From: Tubiluchus corallicola | Taxonomy: Eukaryota > Animalia > Priapulida | DNA length: 64,000 nucleotides | Direction of reading: 5' to 3' | NCBI GenBank assembly: GCA_030141605.1 | Contig: JAQGDQ010000035.1 | Location: forward strand, 62,001-126,000 | Shown: piece by piece, positions 1-41,848 of the stretch | How positions within the stretch are numbered: position 1 is the stretch's first letter | Layout of the letters: the number at the start of each line of letters is the position of its first letter | Translations under genes and position numbers: made by a program | The notes under the pieces: generated by a model | What the model was told of the DNA's origin: nothing | Databases searched by the model: none | The model's input: only the letters and a program-made list of their open reading frames with translations

Positions 1-8
1 TGGCTGGC

Positions 9-110
9 TGACTAGCTGACTGACTGTCTGACTGACTGACTGACTGACTGACTGACTGACTGACTGACTGACTGACTGACTGACTGACTGACTGACTGAC
101 TGACTGACTG
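9..110 (+). repeat. (TGAC)n tetranucleotide microsatellite
   Basis: About 25 near-perfect TGAC units; a short related tract at ~545-575. Confidence 0.95.
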
Positions 111-111
111 A

Positions 112-540
112 TTTTTAATTTAATTTGATTTAATATTTTATTTCGTAATGTTAAGTAACAATGTAACAAACTACACCAATGACGTCTAATTACAGAAGAA
201 AAGTTTACATCACTGTTTAAAATGCTCTTGCATATAAAATTTTCACTCTTCTTCAGCCTGACATGTAAACTGTATGCACATTTTCTGTGAATCACATCAA
301 AATAAATAAGATTGTCTAGTAGAAATATATTTGACGCTCATATCATATGAAAAGTTAAACAGCTTCCGTGTTGATACATTATATGCAACCTTGAGTTTTG
401 CTAAGATTGTAAGAATAAAAATGTCTCCAAGTGGACATACAATAAAAAGTAGTGCAGTAAGCATTAAACAATTGTCTCTTCATGTTAACTGAACAGAGAG
501 TAAATTTCATGAGTAATTTATTTGCTCTACCATAGTAAAT
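112..540 (-). mobile_element. LINE ORF2 3' remnant (RTE-X-like); second copy of the same 3' end at ~20260-20520
   Basis: Minus-strand translation KFTLCSVNMKRQLFNAYCTTFYCMSTW / LKVAYNVSTRKLFN resembles a non-LTR RT C-terminus. 180-286 aligns with 20408-20518 (gacgtctaat..cagcctgac..taaactgtatgcacatt). Confidence 0.6.
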
Positions 541-2829
541 TAAACTGACTGACTGACTGTGTGTCTGTGTGACTGACCTTTTGTCTGCCTATCTCTCTAT
601 GTGTTTCTTATCTATGATTATAAGTTTTATAATTTGGTGGGTGGACCATTTTGGCAGTTCCAGTCAGATAATAAAAATTATTTATTATTTAACTTTTATT
701 TCATTATTCTTCATATGTAAAGAAAACTTAGCCTTTAAAGAGTGAAAGACTGCTGACCTAAATCAAACACACCACTTCTAGTGCTGCTAAACTGAAAATG
801 ATTTTGTGATCTGTCAAGTGGATACAGGCAACTATGTATGAATGTTGCATGGAATGCAATGGTCACATCAGTTAATGCAACTTCACAGATGTGACTATAG
901 TACATCTAAAAGTCAGGTGGTTGATTTTTAAGCTTATGTGTTGCAACAGGGCAGTTATTACAAATCCAATACAGACATCTTACTTTTCTTATCTTATCTT
1001 ACTCATGTAAGAGACTTCACTCGTCGAAGGTCAGACGACAGGTCAAGGCCAAGCAAGTGTACATAAGACTGATTCGAAAAATACAATGCTTACATGTTTT
1101 GTAATGTTTTCATGTTCCTTGTGTACCTTTTATACTGAAATAAACTAATCTAATCTAATCTAAGTGTAGTTTTGTGAGGGTTGATAGAAAATGATGTAAG
1201 CTTTGCTTTCATTGCATTGAAGGTGGCAAGTCAGTCTTAGTTCAACTGCTAGCCTACTTTGAAATGCATTCCAAGCTTTACTAGTTGTCTATGTCTCTAT
1301 GACTGCAAGTTATTGCTTAAAGGATGACAGGATGATTTTTCATATACTACTCCATTTTCAAACCCTATAGAAAGTACACATTTTTACACAATTAATACTG
1401 CAAAAGCATTTCTGATAATTAAATTATAGATAAAAACTTAATTAATGGCAGACCAGCCCAACTATTAATGACATCATAAACTAACATAACTTTCAACAGC
1501 AAAAATCTTCCACGGGCGTGTTGCACGTGTTTGCGAAGCGTAAATCTAAGTACAGTGCTAGTGTTCTACTAAGACTAGGCAAATTTTAAGATAAAAATTC
1601 AAATTTCAAATTTACTGCTATGGTGAGGTACAGCATCTATTTTTTATGCAATGTGTTTCCGAAATGCAGGCACTAGTGCCCGTCTAACTAGCAAATGGCA
1701 AAATGCACGTAACAGCGAAGAACTTGTGGCGTAAACGCGAAATTATGTTTTTGTGGTAATAATTCTTTCACGTAGTCATTTTTGAAACGATAGTATGTTT
1801 CCTTTCAGTATTTTAAAGAGTAGACTGTTTTGCTTACAGTTTAAGATTTGATCCGGTTTTGCTTTAAGCATCTTGGAGATTGACTAATGAAACTTTTAGC
1901 TATGCTGCTTCCTATGTGGTTCAGCATGGGAATCCTTGCTGGTTGAGCTTCATATTTTCTCAGCTAATTAGTAGCAAGTAAAAGCATGTAAGTGAACAAC
2001 CACACCTGAGCTTAGTTATTATAACAAGAAAAAAACAACTGTAATACCTTTGTTTATCGTGCATGATGTTTTGATTTCGGTGACATGACAGAAAGTTTGG
2101 AAATGACCAAAAAGAATTTGCTATCTGTTCTTGGTTGTATAGGAGCTCTGCCGGTCTACCCGTGCAAATACTCCATGCTTTAAAAATACATCTTTTTAAA
2201 CAAGAAGTAGGTTTGTTCACTTTTTGCACACTTTGTGCTCTTTGACTGTGTAATATACATGAGTAAATCTTCTGTTCTTTCTTATTTTAATTTGTACACG
2301 AATCACATGTACTTTGTGATGATGCTATTAGCGTTATTCTGAAATTTCTTTCATAGTGAGCTATGTCTAGTGTAAGTAAGTAGAAAGTAGTGAAAGTAGT
2401 TTTTCATTTTCATTTTGAAAATGTAGAGATGTTTTTTGATTATTGATTATTGATTATATGATTATTGGTCTTTTCAGCTTATGGCTTTTTTTCTTATCTT
2501 GCTAACATTTTCACATATGTGTTAGTTTGACTACATTAATGATTATGATATGCATTTATTATTTTGTTGCTATTAATGTGTCACTCATCATTTGTTTTGT
2601 TTTAGTTTGATTCAGTGTTTTAATTCATACTTAACTATTTTTGGTTTATTATTTTGCTTACAAACCTTTTGTTGTCTTCAAAATTGCATTCTTTTGCTTA
2701 GATTTAGGTATTTAACTTTATTCTAATATTTTTGGTTTTTGGTTGTTTTTTTTGATAATTTTTAGTTTTTTTTTTTCTTATTTGATTTTGTTATCTGCAG
2801 TTTCACCGTTTATTTTTAGTTATGCCTAT

Positions 2830-2975
2830 CCAGCTATATGAAAGGGCAGGAGACTAGATGAGCCTTTGGTCTCTCCCTGTCCTACTCCATGATTGCAATT
2901 ATTTCATATATAACTAAAACTTTTGCTGTAAAACTGCATTGGAAAAAATAAGTGTGCTATGTCTATGTCTATGTA
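2830..2975 (+). mobile_element. LINE (CR1/L2-group) 3' tail with stem-loop and (CTATGT)n tail
   Basis: Hairpin gggcaggagac..gtctctccctgtcc followed by aaaataa and tandem ctatgt. Similar tails end at ~1160 (ctaat)n and ~11960 (gaatt)n after aataaa, and at ~43820 (taaac)n. Confidence 0.4.
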
Positions 2976-3065
2976 AGAGATGAAATATTTAGGTACTATT
3001 TTAATGTTTTTTGCAAACGTACTGCTTGTTAATTATCTAATTATTGCATTATTTTCTGGCATTGA

Positions 3066-30878
<27,813 letters not shown>

Positions 30879-32453
30879 ATAACTAATCATCCCTCGGCTA
30901 TAGCGAGGCAGTACACTAATCTGTGGATGATTTCCACAACAAAAACCACAGCAAACTCTTACGGATGAGAGTAAAGCTGTTGCAGTATGTGGTATGACCA
31001 TAATGATCCTTATGGAGCCACACTGTAGTTCTTATACATGGGATAGGGTAAATAGGAAAATGGCGCCGAGTAGAGGTCTGAAAGGTGTATGCTGTTAGGT
31101 CCAGTGCTCCTTTGTAAACAATCTCCATCTTTCATGATTTCATTATGGCTTTTTAACATAAACAGTGGTTAACATAGGAGCACTGAAGGTAACTTGATGT
31201 GAATAATTTGACCTGCAAACACTGCTGTACATTCATTGTACCTCATTCTTATAAGATATGCAGTTTCATGGTGCTGTAGAAGTGTCCATGTGTATTTTTA
31301 TGCATCTTCAAAAGCATATATTCAAAAGTATAAATCTGTATGTATACAAATTTCCGTTGGCACGATAGTATAGTGCCGATACAATGATTGTAGTATTTAG
31401 TGTTTAACAGCAGAAAGTAATAATTTTGAGCAGATTTTGGAAGCACCATTTTTTCTGTCTTTTATCAAGTTTTTCAACATTGTTTCGAAAAACAAATTTA
31501 TTGCTCTATCGTCATGGTGTAGGTGGTTACATTCTAACTTCGTACGTAAATTACTAATTGCTATTGTTAATTGTCTAGGTCTGCATTTGTTACTTAGAAA
31601 CATTGCATCAAGAAAGATGTAATTCTTCAGCACTGCAATAGGAAAAGTCTTATGTGAATCAAAAAAAGTTATTGGCGATTATTTTTACTTGAATTTTGAC
31701 TGGAACCACGTTACTGTGACTACAGGACTATCGTTAAAAATTAGATGAAAAATCTCGGTCCGGGCAAGAGATCCTTCTTTCATTAATTGTAGTTCAGCAG
31801 AAGTTCAGAACAGCATATCCACATCATTGTCTGATTTTTCTCACTATTTCTCAGCAAGGTGCAACCATTCCTCACTATTTATGAGCTGTGAGAGACTCTC
31901 AAAACAAGATAACTGGATTGGTCCCGGAGGCTCTTTTAGCTGAATGTTTGCGACTTGAAAAATTTAACATTCTGCGATTTTTTTCACGAGGCTATATCTT
32001 AGCCAGAATTTACGAAAAATAAAAATTAGAGATTATTGTGCAAACATTTAACTGGAAATGCGTGCTGATTTTGGAATTGTGTTAATAATTAAAGAAGAAT
32101 AGCAACTGGTAGAGTAGTTCTTTTCAGATTTTCACTGAATTTGAGCTAAAAAAAATCAGAAGTTTGGTTTATCTGTGCCAATTTTCAAACATTTTGCTTT
32201 GTTTGCTAATAAATATCGTTTGAATATAAAATATGTAACTTCTGAGATGCCCTATGTACACACCAAATCCTGATTTTGAAAAAAATATAAGAATATGTTG
32301 ATGTTAAATAGACAAAAATACCCAAATATATTTTATTATTTTACTAAAATAGGTTTTCGAAGAAACTTGAATTTGCCTTTCAGTTGCTGAATTTTAAATA
32401 GAGGTACTTGGATCCATGCAGGATTCATGTACTTCCTTTTCTGTTGTGGCAGA

Positions 32454-32935
32454 CAGTGTTGTAGTACTCAAGTCTCGGACTTGAGTCTGGCTCTAGTTGC
32501 AATTTATACTCGGAGTCTACTTGGACTCGAGACCTTACTCGGACTTGTAACAAATGAACTGTTGACTTGGGCTTATCATAAATGATTGGTGACTTAACTC
32601 GGACTCGAAACAACAAGGCACTTGACTTGTCTAGTGACTCGAACTGCATGGATTGTAAAACAAATAATAATTACTCATGTTATAACTATGACATTACAGC
32701 CTTCTCATTCATGAAAGTATTTCAATTCCATGTTTGGACTGTGTCTGGTGTATGTAGCCACGTTTCTATTATGGTTAAAGTGCAATTCTTAAAGTCTGTA
32801 TGATGACTTGAGACTTAGCTCCTACTTGGACATAATGACTCCATACTTGACTCAGATTTGAACCTCAAGGACTTGGGAATTGAGGTTCTTGAGAATCGAC
32901 TTGGACTTGGACTAAAAGACTTGACTACAACACTG
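32454..32935. mobile_element. hAT-like MITE with many GACTTG/GACTCG subterminal repeats
   Basis: TIR CAGTGTTGTAGT ... ACTACAACACTG; TSD not clean (tggcaga near both flanks). Appears nested in a small TTAA-flanked element 32398-33029 (tacttggatc / gatccaagta). Confidence 0.8.
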
Positions 32936-35837
32936 GTCTGGCAGATAAACTTCTCTGAGGCGGAATCTGGCTATTTTTATTATTTGTAAGTCAAAGGTCC
33001 AAGTACATTTGAAAAGATCCAAGTATTATTTAACATTTATCATATGGTCAGCTCTATTACTACATAGTTACAGCGCTCGGAATGAAAATACAGCAGTGTT
33101 TGCATTTTCACATTTCACGTGATACATAGGAATTTATTGTAACATGAATATAGTAGCCGTTGCAGAAATGAGGACTTACCCAGTACCCCCGATAACTAGC
33201 GATGGGCTGTGAAGCGCATCAAAATTGTGAGATGGAAATATACCTGCTGAGTGATCTGAATTGAACAGTGCAAGGCAGGCATATACAGAATAACGTAAGA
33301 GAACAGCTAAGTGTGCACGATAACGTTCTTCGAGCTCGTTGCTCTGAAGTGTGTGTATTTTATCAAAGTTACTTTGTCGACAGAGGTTTTTGCGAAAAAT
33401 TTTGTTTTTGAAGCACAGTTGTTGTTGCAAGGGAAATAAATCCAGTCTGCTGCCAGGCATCACTTAGTTTGTTTCTTATAGTGAAGTTGATGCTATAATT
33501 TACTGGCAGAGTAACAGTTATAAAGACGTGAGGAATTTTTGTAACATCCAAGGTGCATATTTGAAAAAAGAAATCTATTGCACAGGTAATAAATGTGCAT
33601 TTAAAAACACAATAGATGAAGGTGATTGTTTTATAGATTTAAACCATTAAGCAGTCTAGCATTAGTTAGTTATTTAGTTTAGTTATATTACTGGGCGATG
33701 GTTGAATGGGGTGATAAGAAAAATTTAAAGATTTTTGTTGATTAGGTGTTCTAAAAATGCATGTTTTTTTTGTTTTAAGAGTTAATTTTTAGCAGAATCT
33801 TTTTTGTTAAGCTCTTTCTTAAAAGTTCTGATTAAAGTTCGCAATTTGTTATTATTCTAATGTTGCTAATAACTGCGCTTGTTACTTTTCAAACGTTTGG
33901 AACATTATCAATGCTTTTTTGCATGGCATTTATGATGGTCGTTACTGTATTCTCTACATTGCAAACAACGGGAAAGTGAAGTATTTAACGTTCGTTTTCA
34001 TATGTTTGTTACGTATTACCTGTTTCACATTGACGTTTCATTTTTTGCAGTCACAGTATTTGACTTGCTTAATGTTAGTTTGAAAAGGAAACCATTTGAC
34101 CTGTAAGACAAATGCTAAAAAAGCTAAAGTATTTTGTTGTGGTTTGTAATCCCACCACTTTGGGTATGAAGTACTATCTGTCAACCAATACCTTGTACTA
34201 TACCAGTTAGTGATCATTTCGTTAGTTTGGTTCCTTGAAAATGTTCGTGTGGATCGATGCAGTTTCTTTGCTTATTTACAGTTAATTCACATTATTCATG
34301 CTGTTAGTTAGTTGGTTATTTTGTACTGCCAAAATCAAACCATAAAGGTTTTACATTCTTTTGCCGGATGAAGAAGTTTGTGGTTCACTTGGTTTGTATT
34401 TGTTTGATTAAATTTACTGTTTAAAATAAAGCATGAAATAGCCATTTTTTCAAAACTTTAAGGAAAATCCTTTGCTGCACGTTTTGTGCAATTCACTTTC
34501 CTGCCTACTATTGTACCTCTAGTTAAACTGGGTGATTATAATAAACTTTGTGTGCATATTTTTTGTTATAAGTGATGCTTGGTTATTCTATTTATCATTC
34601 ATTTCAATTGTCTATTCAATTTATTCTAATCAGTTTATCTAATAAACAATTAGCACTTAGAGGAAGCACAAATAACAGGATCATGATGTACAATGCTACT
34701 TTTTAATACATCCAGTATATTATACACAATTTTTACAATACCATAGTTTTCTGTTTGTTTACTTAGTTAAGATATTTTGCTCAAAGCATCTTATTGATAC
34801 TGAAGATCGTAATAATCTTTTCATAATAATTAACAATTTCATAATAATTAGTAGTTTATAACTGAAGTGTTTAAATGTATTACTAATAGCTTAAAACGTC
34901 TTGGTTTAATGAAGAAATCTACTATACCTCATATCAACATATCCATTGTCCAAATTATTGTCTCTTTAGCACAGAGTGTTGTCAGAAAGCATGCATGATT
35001 ATGATTTTGGGTCACAATAAAAAAGCTAAGAAAATATTATTCCAGTAGGTTCTGGCTGTGGAAAGCCAGAATTAATAATCATTACTCTTTATGTTTAGTG
35101 AGGTTGGCAACTAATGATTTAAAGGCCTCGAGTTCAAGTCAAGTACGTCATTTTCATTATTTTTTGTGTAAGAAAAACACCAAATGATGTGTTCATGCAT
35201 CACTGATGACTTCCATGCATAGGACTAATAGTCATGTTATAGACAGATTTTACAGTTTAACTTTATGATGCCTTGATTAGCATAGTAATATAATGTAAGC
35301 AATGTACATGCAAACTGATGCAGTCTATTAGTACGTGAAATCCATGTTAAAAGCAGTAGCAGCCAATTACAGGAGAGTTGCTTACCTCTTCCTTGAGCAC
35401 ACAGCAAATTTTGTTCTAGTTTATAAGCAATTTGTTACAATAGTAACAACCTTTTGCTAAGTAGCTGCAAAAAAGCTTCACAATACAATAACACGGTTAG
35501 CAAATAAATAATTAAAAAAAGCCACTGATGTTATTGGTTTTACTATTCGATTACCAGTAATGGAAATAACAAAATTGTCGTATTTGTTCTGCAGTGCTTT
35601 TTCTAGGCACGTGATGATCTACAGCTTGTAAGGAACTGCATATGTTTCAGAGTAAAAGGCACTGTACACAATTTTGTCTTTAATAGCTCTGCAGCATGCC
35701 TCAGCTGTAACAGCAAATTAGTAAACAAAATATCAGCTACTGAGTTAGTCTTCAAGCTACGCAGACAATTTTAACAAGCCATAATTATATTAAGATATAA
35801 CTAAAACACTTATCACAGAAATAAGTAATGACATGAG

Positions 35838-38800
35838 TCATGAAGCTGGAACCATTTCAGCTTGCCTCTGCTCTGCTTTGATTTTCTTTGCTGTAAAAAA
35901 AGATGATTACAAAGTAAGCAAAATGAACTTGAGAAATTAACTAATCATGCACAGGAAAATATCAATTCTTAATTGTCAATTAGCCGTTTTCCTGCATGGC
36001 ACAGCATATAAACAGTTTTTGTAACATCTTAATTTCCTAATTATGTCAGGCATTGCTCATCTTCATAACCAATACCATTTGGCCAACATATCATGAAAGT
36101 CTTTGACTGACCAAATATTTAACCAACCAAAAAGCCTTCAATCACACCCAGCCATCTATTAACCAGGCTCAGTGTTGTTTAATTTTCAAGTCATGATGAA
36201 CATGCCGTGATCACAGAGCTAATACTCTATTACTACTATGCTTAAACCAATAATGTGAGAATGGCTCAGTGAACAATAAAATTACCTCACACTACATTTA
36301 AGGTATAAAGGGTCTTGTTGCAGGACAAAGCAATTTACTTATACTTCTATTCTTGTACACAATTAAATCCTAGAAATATTGGTTATAAAATCAGTGGCAC
36401 AGTTGACCACCCCCCTCCTTAAACACAACTCCGACCATTACACGACACTGACGCACTACACACACACACGATACACGGCTTGACGAATGCTCTTGTTTTT
36501 TTAAGGCAGAGGCAGGTTTTTAAGGTTTGTTAAGGCAGGTTTTCTGAAGCCATACTTAGCTCGTCTTCTCTGCGACATGTATGGATACCTATTCGCAGCT
36601 ATTTCTAGAAGAAATACAGATCCGCAGTTTGTGACATTCACAAACCTGCGGATCTTATTCATTTTTATGACATACAATGTTTAGACATAAGATCTTCGAG
36701 GTAACCTTTGTTCAAAAACTGTGTTCATGCATTTTAAAGAACTAGAGAAACAAAATGAAGGAGATCTCGCTGCCTCCAAATGATTGAAATCACTACATTA
36801 GTAAATAACAGAGTTAACAATTCTTAGATGAATCTAAGTTGATGTCGATACATGATTCATTACAACCACGTAAAAAATTATGTACAATATATAAGAAGGT
36901 TGCACGATTCTTGCTTATCCTTGTCCATGCATAATACAAAAAGGTTGGTCCATCAACTAAATTACATTTTCACTCCCTTCAATTATGGGATACTACATAA
37001 TAGATAGTAAATAATGTCACGTACGTATTCTCCATGTCTTTCATCATTATATTTTCGAGTTTTATTTTTTAAAATGTATAATTACTATGTAATTATTACA
37101 TTTGCATTAATATTTATATTAATAGAAGTAATTTTGTGACCTGAATGTTGGAACCAATACTATAATTATGTATAATAATTATTGTGAAACCCAAAATCTC
37201 CTACTCATTTCCTAATGTTATGATCCAGACAATTTTTTCTAGCGATACTGCACAGTCTGGCACACCAAACAGGCGCTTCTATTTTTCAGGAAAGGGGTGG
37301 GTAGCTTTTAAAAAGTACTTTACCATGTTTTATGGGCTATAACAACACAAATTTCAAATATTTTCCATATGATAGCAGTCATTAACTCAGTTTTACAAAT
37401 CCAAGGCTGTTATCATTTTTGCATATTTGCCTTGCATTCAAGAAATCTGTAGTGTCAAGCCAACTAAAGCATTGTATGTTGTATGGATCCGCACCTCTAG
37501 TCACTGCCTTTTTTAAACATTACATCCTGTATGAGTGTGTGTGCGTGTATTAACTTTGCGATCTGTTTGACCACCGGATGGCTTCGCATGTTAGCTGTAT
37601 ATCATGGTGTCTTACAGTTGGGGTTGTCGGTAAAAATATTCTAATTTTATTTATTATCAATTATTTAGCGCACAGTTATAAATTTTTGTCGCTATTGGTT
37701 TTCATGTATTGTCATTAGTTTTGTGAAATTTTGTTCGTTTTATTCCATAATTATTCATACACCCTAAAGTTTCATTTCTTCTGTTTGAGTACTGAATAGC
37801 AGTCATTTGTGTATTTCGTTTGTGTATCTTGTACCAAACACTGATTGGCTGCCCTATGTGGTCCACTATGCCTCTGTATAAAATGGTTACTCAAAGCAGA
37901 GTTTTTATAATTGGGCACTGAACAGCTCAAAAAATGCACCATAGACATACCTTTAGGTTCAGCTTCAGGAACTTCTGGGAGCTCTGGAACTTCTGCAACT
38001 TCAGGCACTTCTGGTAACGTTTCCTAAGCATAAAACAAAACCATATCAATCAAACGAAATCGTGTAATTACATAGATATTTAAAGTGCAACATCAAAACA
38101 ATTGACTTTCATTAGAGCAAAATAAGGAAACAATAGAAGGAAAAATAATTTATGACTGGAGTGTTTGCAACTACACAAACTCCCTAGAAGCATTAGATGT
38201 CTGATGTGCAAGCAATAGACATTTATTATGTTCTGACTGGTGGACGATCAATTTTATACAAAACAGCAGCTAGAACAGAATAAATGATTTATTTTAGCTT
38301 TCAAGCTCCCGAATTACATTTAAATTGGTGCAGAACTACTTTACATAAATAAAAAACCAAGCAACCCACTAAACATAATATCAATTTAAGTATCGTTTTA
38401 GTAAACAGAAAATGGACAATGAATGACATAAGCTTAACAATAGATTAGCCCGTTTCAGAGACATTGCATGCTTGTAACATAAACTAAATTTCTGGTATTT
38501 TTACAGCCTACCTGAATGATGGCATCAAGTTCTGCTAATACTGCATCTTCATCTTCTCTCGTTAAAGATCCGGACAATATTTCATCAATTTCCTGTAAAA
38601 ACAAGTAAATAGATTAGTAAATAGAACACCTGTCAAGTGTTGAAAATTGCGAAAAACAAACAAAGAGTGTAAAAAAATATTAAAAATATTAGTACATCAA
38701 AACGAGACAGAAGTGAGCCTGTAAAGCAGTATCTAAATAAAAACTGGTGCAGATTTTTCATGTTCTATCTCATACTGTCTAAATCATATTCCAGATAATT

Positions 38801-41610
38801 TGCAAATGACACAAAATGCACTCAATAAACTAAATATGAAGTTACATTAACAATAAGAAGGAAAAAAATCTAAAGTTGAATACTTTAAATATGCAAGATT
38901 ATTGACAAATCTGTTTTCACTTTTATGTCTCGCTTATGCAAAACAAAATGACCCAGTCTTAATGTTTTACAACACACATATGGCACGCACACATGTTCAA
39001 ACACATTGACTGCTCAATATCACATCCCAATATCTGCACTAAACATGGTAAAAAAACATTTTGCTAAAATAAATATTGAAAAATCAAGATATGATTGTAT
39101 AGTCATCTAGTTATCCCATTATAACACCGACTTCAACTGTTTGCTAGCTAATCTGTGAACATTACACAGGCTATTACAAATACATATTAAATCCATATGA
39201 TTCATAGAATTAGTGGTAGCAGCTACCCTCTGGTATTCTATGCCAGCTTGAGCTTCGTCCATTATTCTCTCCACATCTTCTATTGACATAACTTCGTGTA
39301 TCTTCTTTAGGGCATCATTACCAGTCTTTAGACCTTGCACAACCTGTACTTCAATTTGAGCATACTCAAGGTCGCTTGCCTAAAAAAATCAAAAATGTAC
39401 ACGGTATAAATTATATACTTGCCTAAAATGACATGACTGATGCATGCTACAAAGCATATTCTCCATTTTGCACTACAGCCTTTTCTGTTCAATATCAAAA
39501 CCAGTGAGTTCTACTAAATATTCAAAAATCCCTTCAACAATTTCATAAAAATTCGTTGATATTTGCAAAAAAATCCCAGCAACAATTTGTTCTGAAGCCT
39601 CATCATCAAAGAAAAAAACATTTTACCATTCGCTCTAGATTTTCTATTTGCTGATCTGTTTTTGTAATCAAGTTTTCTTGATATCTTTTCTTCTTTAAAA
39701 GAAGTTTTGCCTTCCTGAAACATAACAAAAGAGTAAAACATGAATGTTCATCATAAATGCTGTGCCTGAGTTGAGAGAGAATACTAGACTTGTGCAAAGA
39801 GTGAAGCGAATAATGACTCCACGTTCTAATACAAATTCTGTGGTTTATTTTTTATTTTTATTTTTTCATTCATTATGCACATACAAAAATAAAATTATAA
39901 AATTACTAATTAACAGTGCATTACAGTGCCATGAGTGCAGTAGAAGAAATTATCTTATGAGCTATGCTCAACATGGATAAGACTAAATTAATGACATAAA
40001 CAACAACTAAAAATACATTAAATGGAGCAAAGCAAACAGATGTGAGAAAATGATAATGACGATGTTGATGATGGTCTGCTGTTAGGCAAATAATGGCTGT
40101 CATCAATACAAAAACTACATTCACATGTTAGGCAAAAACAACTCTTGAGTAACAAACTTTTAAATACTGATGATATACAAGTTAGGGATATTCTTTAAAT
40201 ACGCACAACATTTTAAACTATGATATTCCTCAACTAAGTTGCTTTGGAATTGATTCGAAATATGATAGCATTTCCACGCGTTTACATTTGGACAGAATCT
40301 TAACAAATTTTCAGAAATGTTTCCTAACTACACTCTACAGCCAAATGTAAGCTATGAAGTAGCACACCTAGTTCATCGATTATAATAATAACCAATGACA
40401 ATAATCGTATTTTGGTATTTTTTATTTGCTGTAAAGATCACACAAGTTTATCATCCTGTAATTTTGTGAAAACAGGTGTCCACACACAGTGAAATCAGTA
40501 AAAGTAACACTATTCATCATTTTAAACCTAATGCAATTTGCCATAAAATTCTGCAATTTAGATTTTATCTGCAAAAAAATTTCTGCCGTATATTTGGCTC
40601 CAGAATTAACCACTCCCAGAGTTCAAAAATCGATGAACCAATGAGGTTTCAAGAACGAAAATAAAATGGATACATGTTCAGTTCTACAATTTAAATTTTG
40701 AGGCATTACTACTCCTGGGTAAAATTTAAACACTAACTCCAAATAAATAAACTGACACCAGAAACTTAATGCTTAGCAGACTTACTCTTTTTTACCATCT
40801 TTGAGGAGCTGCTTGGCAAATTGCCTCTCCTTCTCAAGCTGACTGTGCAATTTTTTCTGGTATTTTTTCAAAGTGTCTCTTTGTTGCTTTAATTGCTGTA
40901 TAAAAACAAAAGCGATTTAGATAAATTTTAACATCAACATACCACATTTACGGTAATAAATGTTTGAACTATGAAGCTATTTGAAAATCAACTTCTATCA
41001 AACTTGGATAACTAAAGGACACTTTGGCCAAGTGTAACATAGTAAAAAAACTAAACATCTAAAATGAAAGAAACAATGATTAACAAATGAGCAGAAAATT
41101 TCCTAAAACAAACGTATCAACAGACAAATACAAAAAACTATAGAATTTCACTCTTTTATTCGATTAATAAGAGATGTCATGATGTAAAAATGTGTAAAAA
41201 CACTGATGCTGGTGTTGCTGATGACTGAGAGCTTCAGCATTGCAGTTTCATGATACATGAACACTGGTCATTTATGTTTGCATAACAGAAGCAGACATAC
41301 AAAACACAAAGCTGGTCAACAATTTGGCACATGGCAGACAAATAAGAAAATTCTGTTTGACAAACGTAAAAAAATAAACGTAAGAGTTGCACACAAAATG
41401 ATACAGTCGGTCAAGAACCGGAAAAAACACATTTTTTCTAGGCCTAGTAGCGAACCAGTACCATGTGAGATATGACACACCTGATGAATTTTGTTCCATA
41501 CAGAACTCACAAAATCTGGGGTAGATTTAAAAACTCACCAAAATGGCTTTGTCTTGTTCTGTTATTCTACTTTCTGGTTTTTTCTTTGGTTTTCCAAAGA
41601 GGTGTCCCAT
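35838..41610 (-). CDS. CHMP6: Charged multivesicular body protein 6 / VPS20 (ESCRT-III)
   Basis: 7 coding exons: 41610-41539, 40895-40786, 39714-39627, 39379-39227, 38592-38512, 38023-37951, 35890-35838. Sum 630 nt = 209 aa + stop. MGHLFGKPKKKPESRITEQDKAILQLKQQRD..KAKLLLKKKRYQE..VMSIEDVERIMDEAQ..EIDEILSGSLTREDEDAVLAEL..LPEVP..RQAEMVPAS*; N-myristoylation Gly2 present. Confidence 0.96.
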
Positions 41611-41689
41611 TACTCAACAAGGTTGTACCAGGCAACACCTAAAACACATGATTATTCAGATAAAATTAAGACAAAAATATATAATAACA

Positions 41690-41848
41690 AGGAATTTACT
41701 CCCATCTGACATTGCTAAAGCTTATTCAGTGAACAATTTCAAGAACAAGCTGAATAGATATTTAGATACGAAATATGGGGTTACAAGAAGCTTGCTCGAT
41801 TAACCTCTACCACTCTTATATTTTAAGAGCAGCGGCATGGTATGGTAG
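41690..41848 (+). mobile_element. CR1-type LINE extreme 3' end
   Basis: Translates NLLPSDIAKAYSVNNFKNKLNRYL (CR1 WN.LP..V..A.SVN.FK..LD motif), then a 3' UTR with an (atggt)n tail. Confidence 0.7.

Noticed and set aside
36140-36225. 5S rRNA-like segment on the minus strand (weaker one at ~9355-9405)
   Set aside because: Short and highly diverged; at most a SINE-derived relic, not an rRNA gene.
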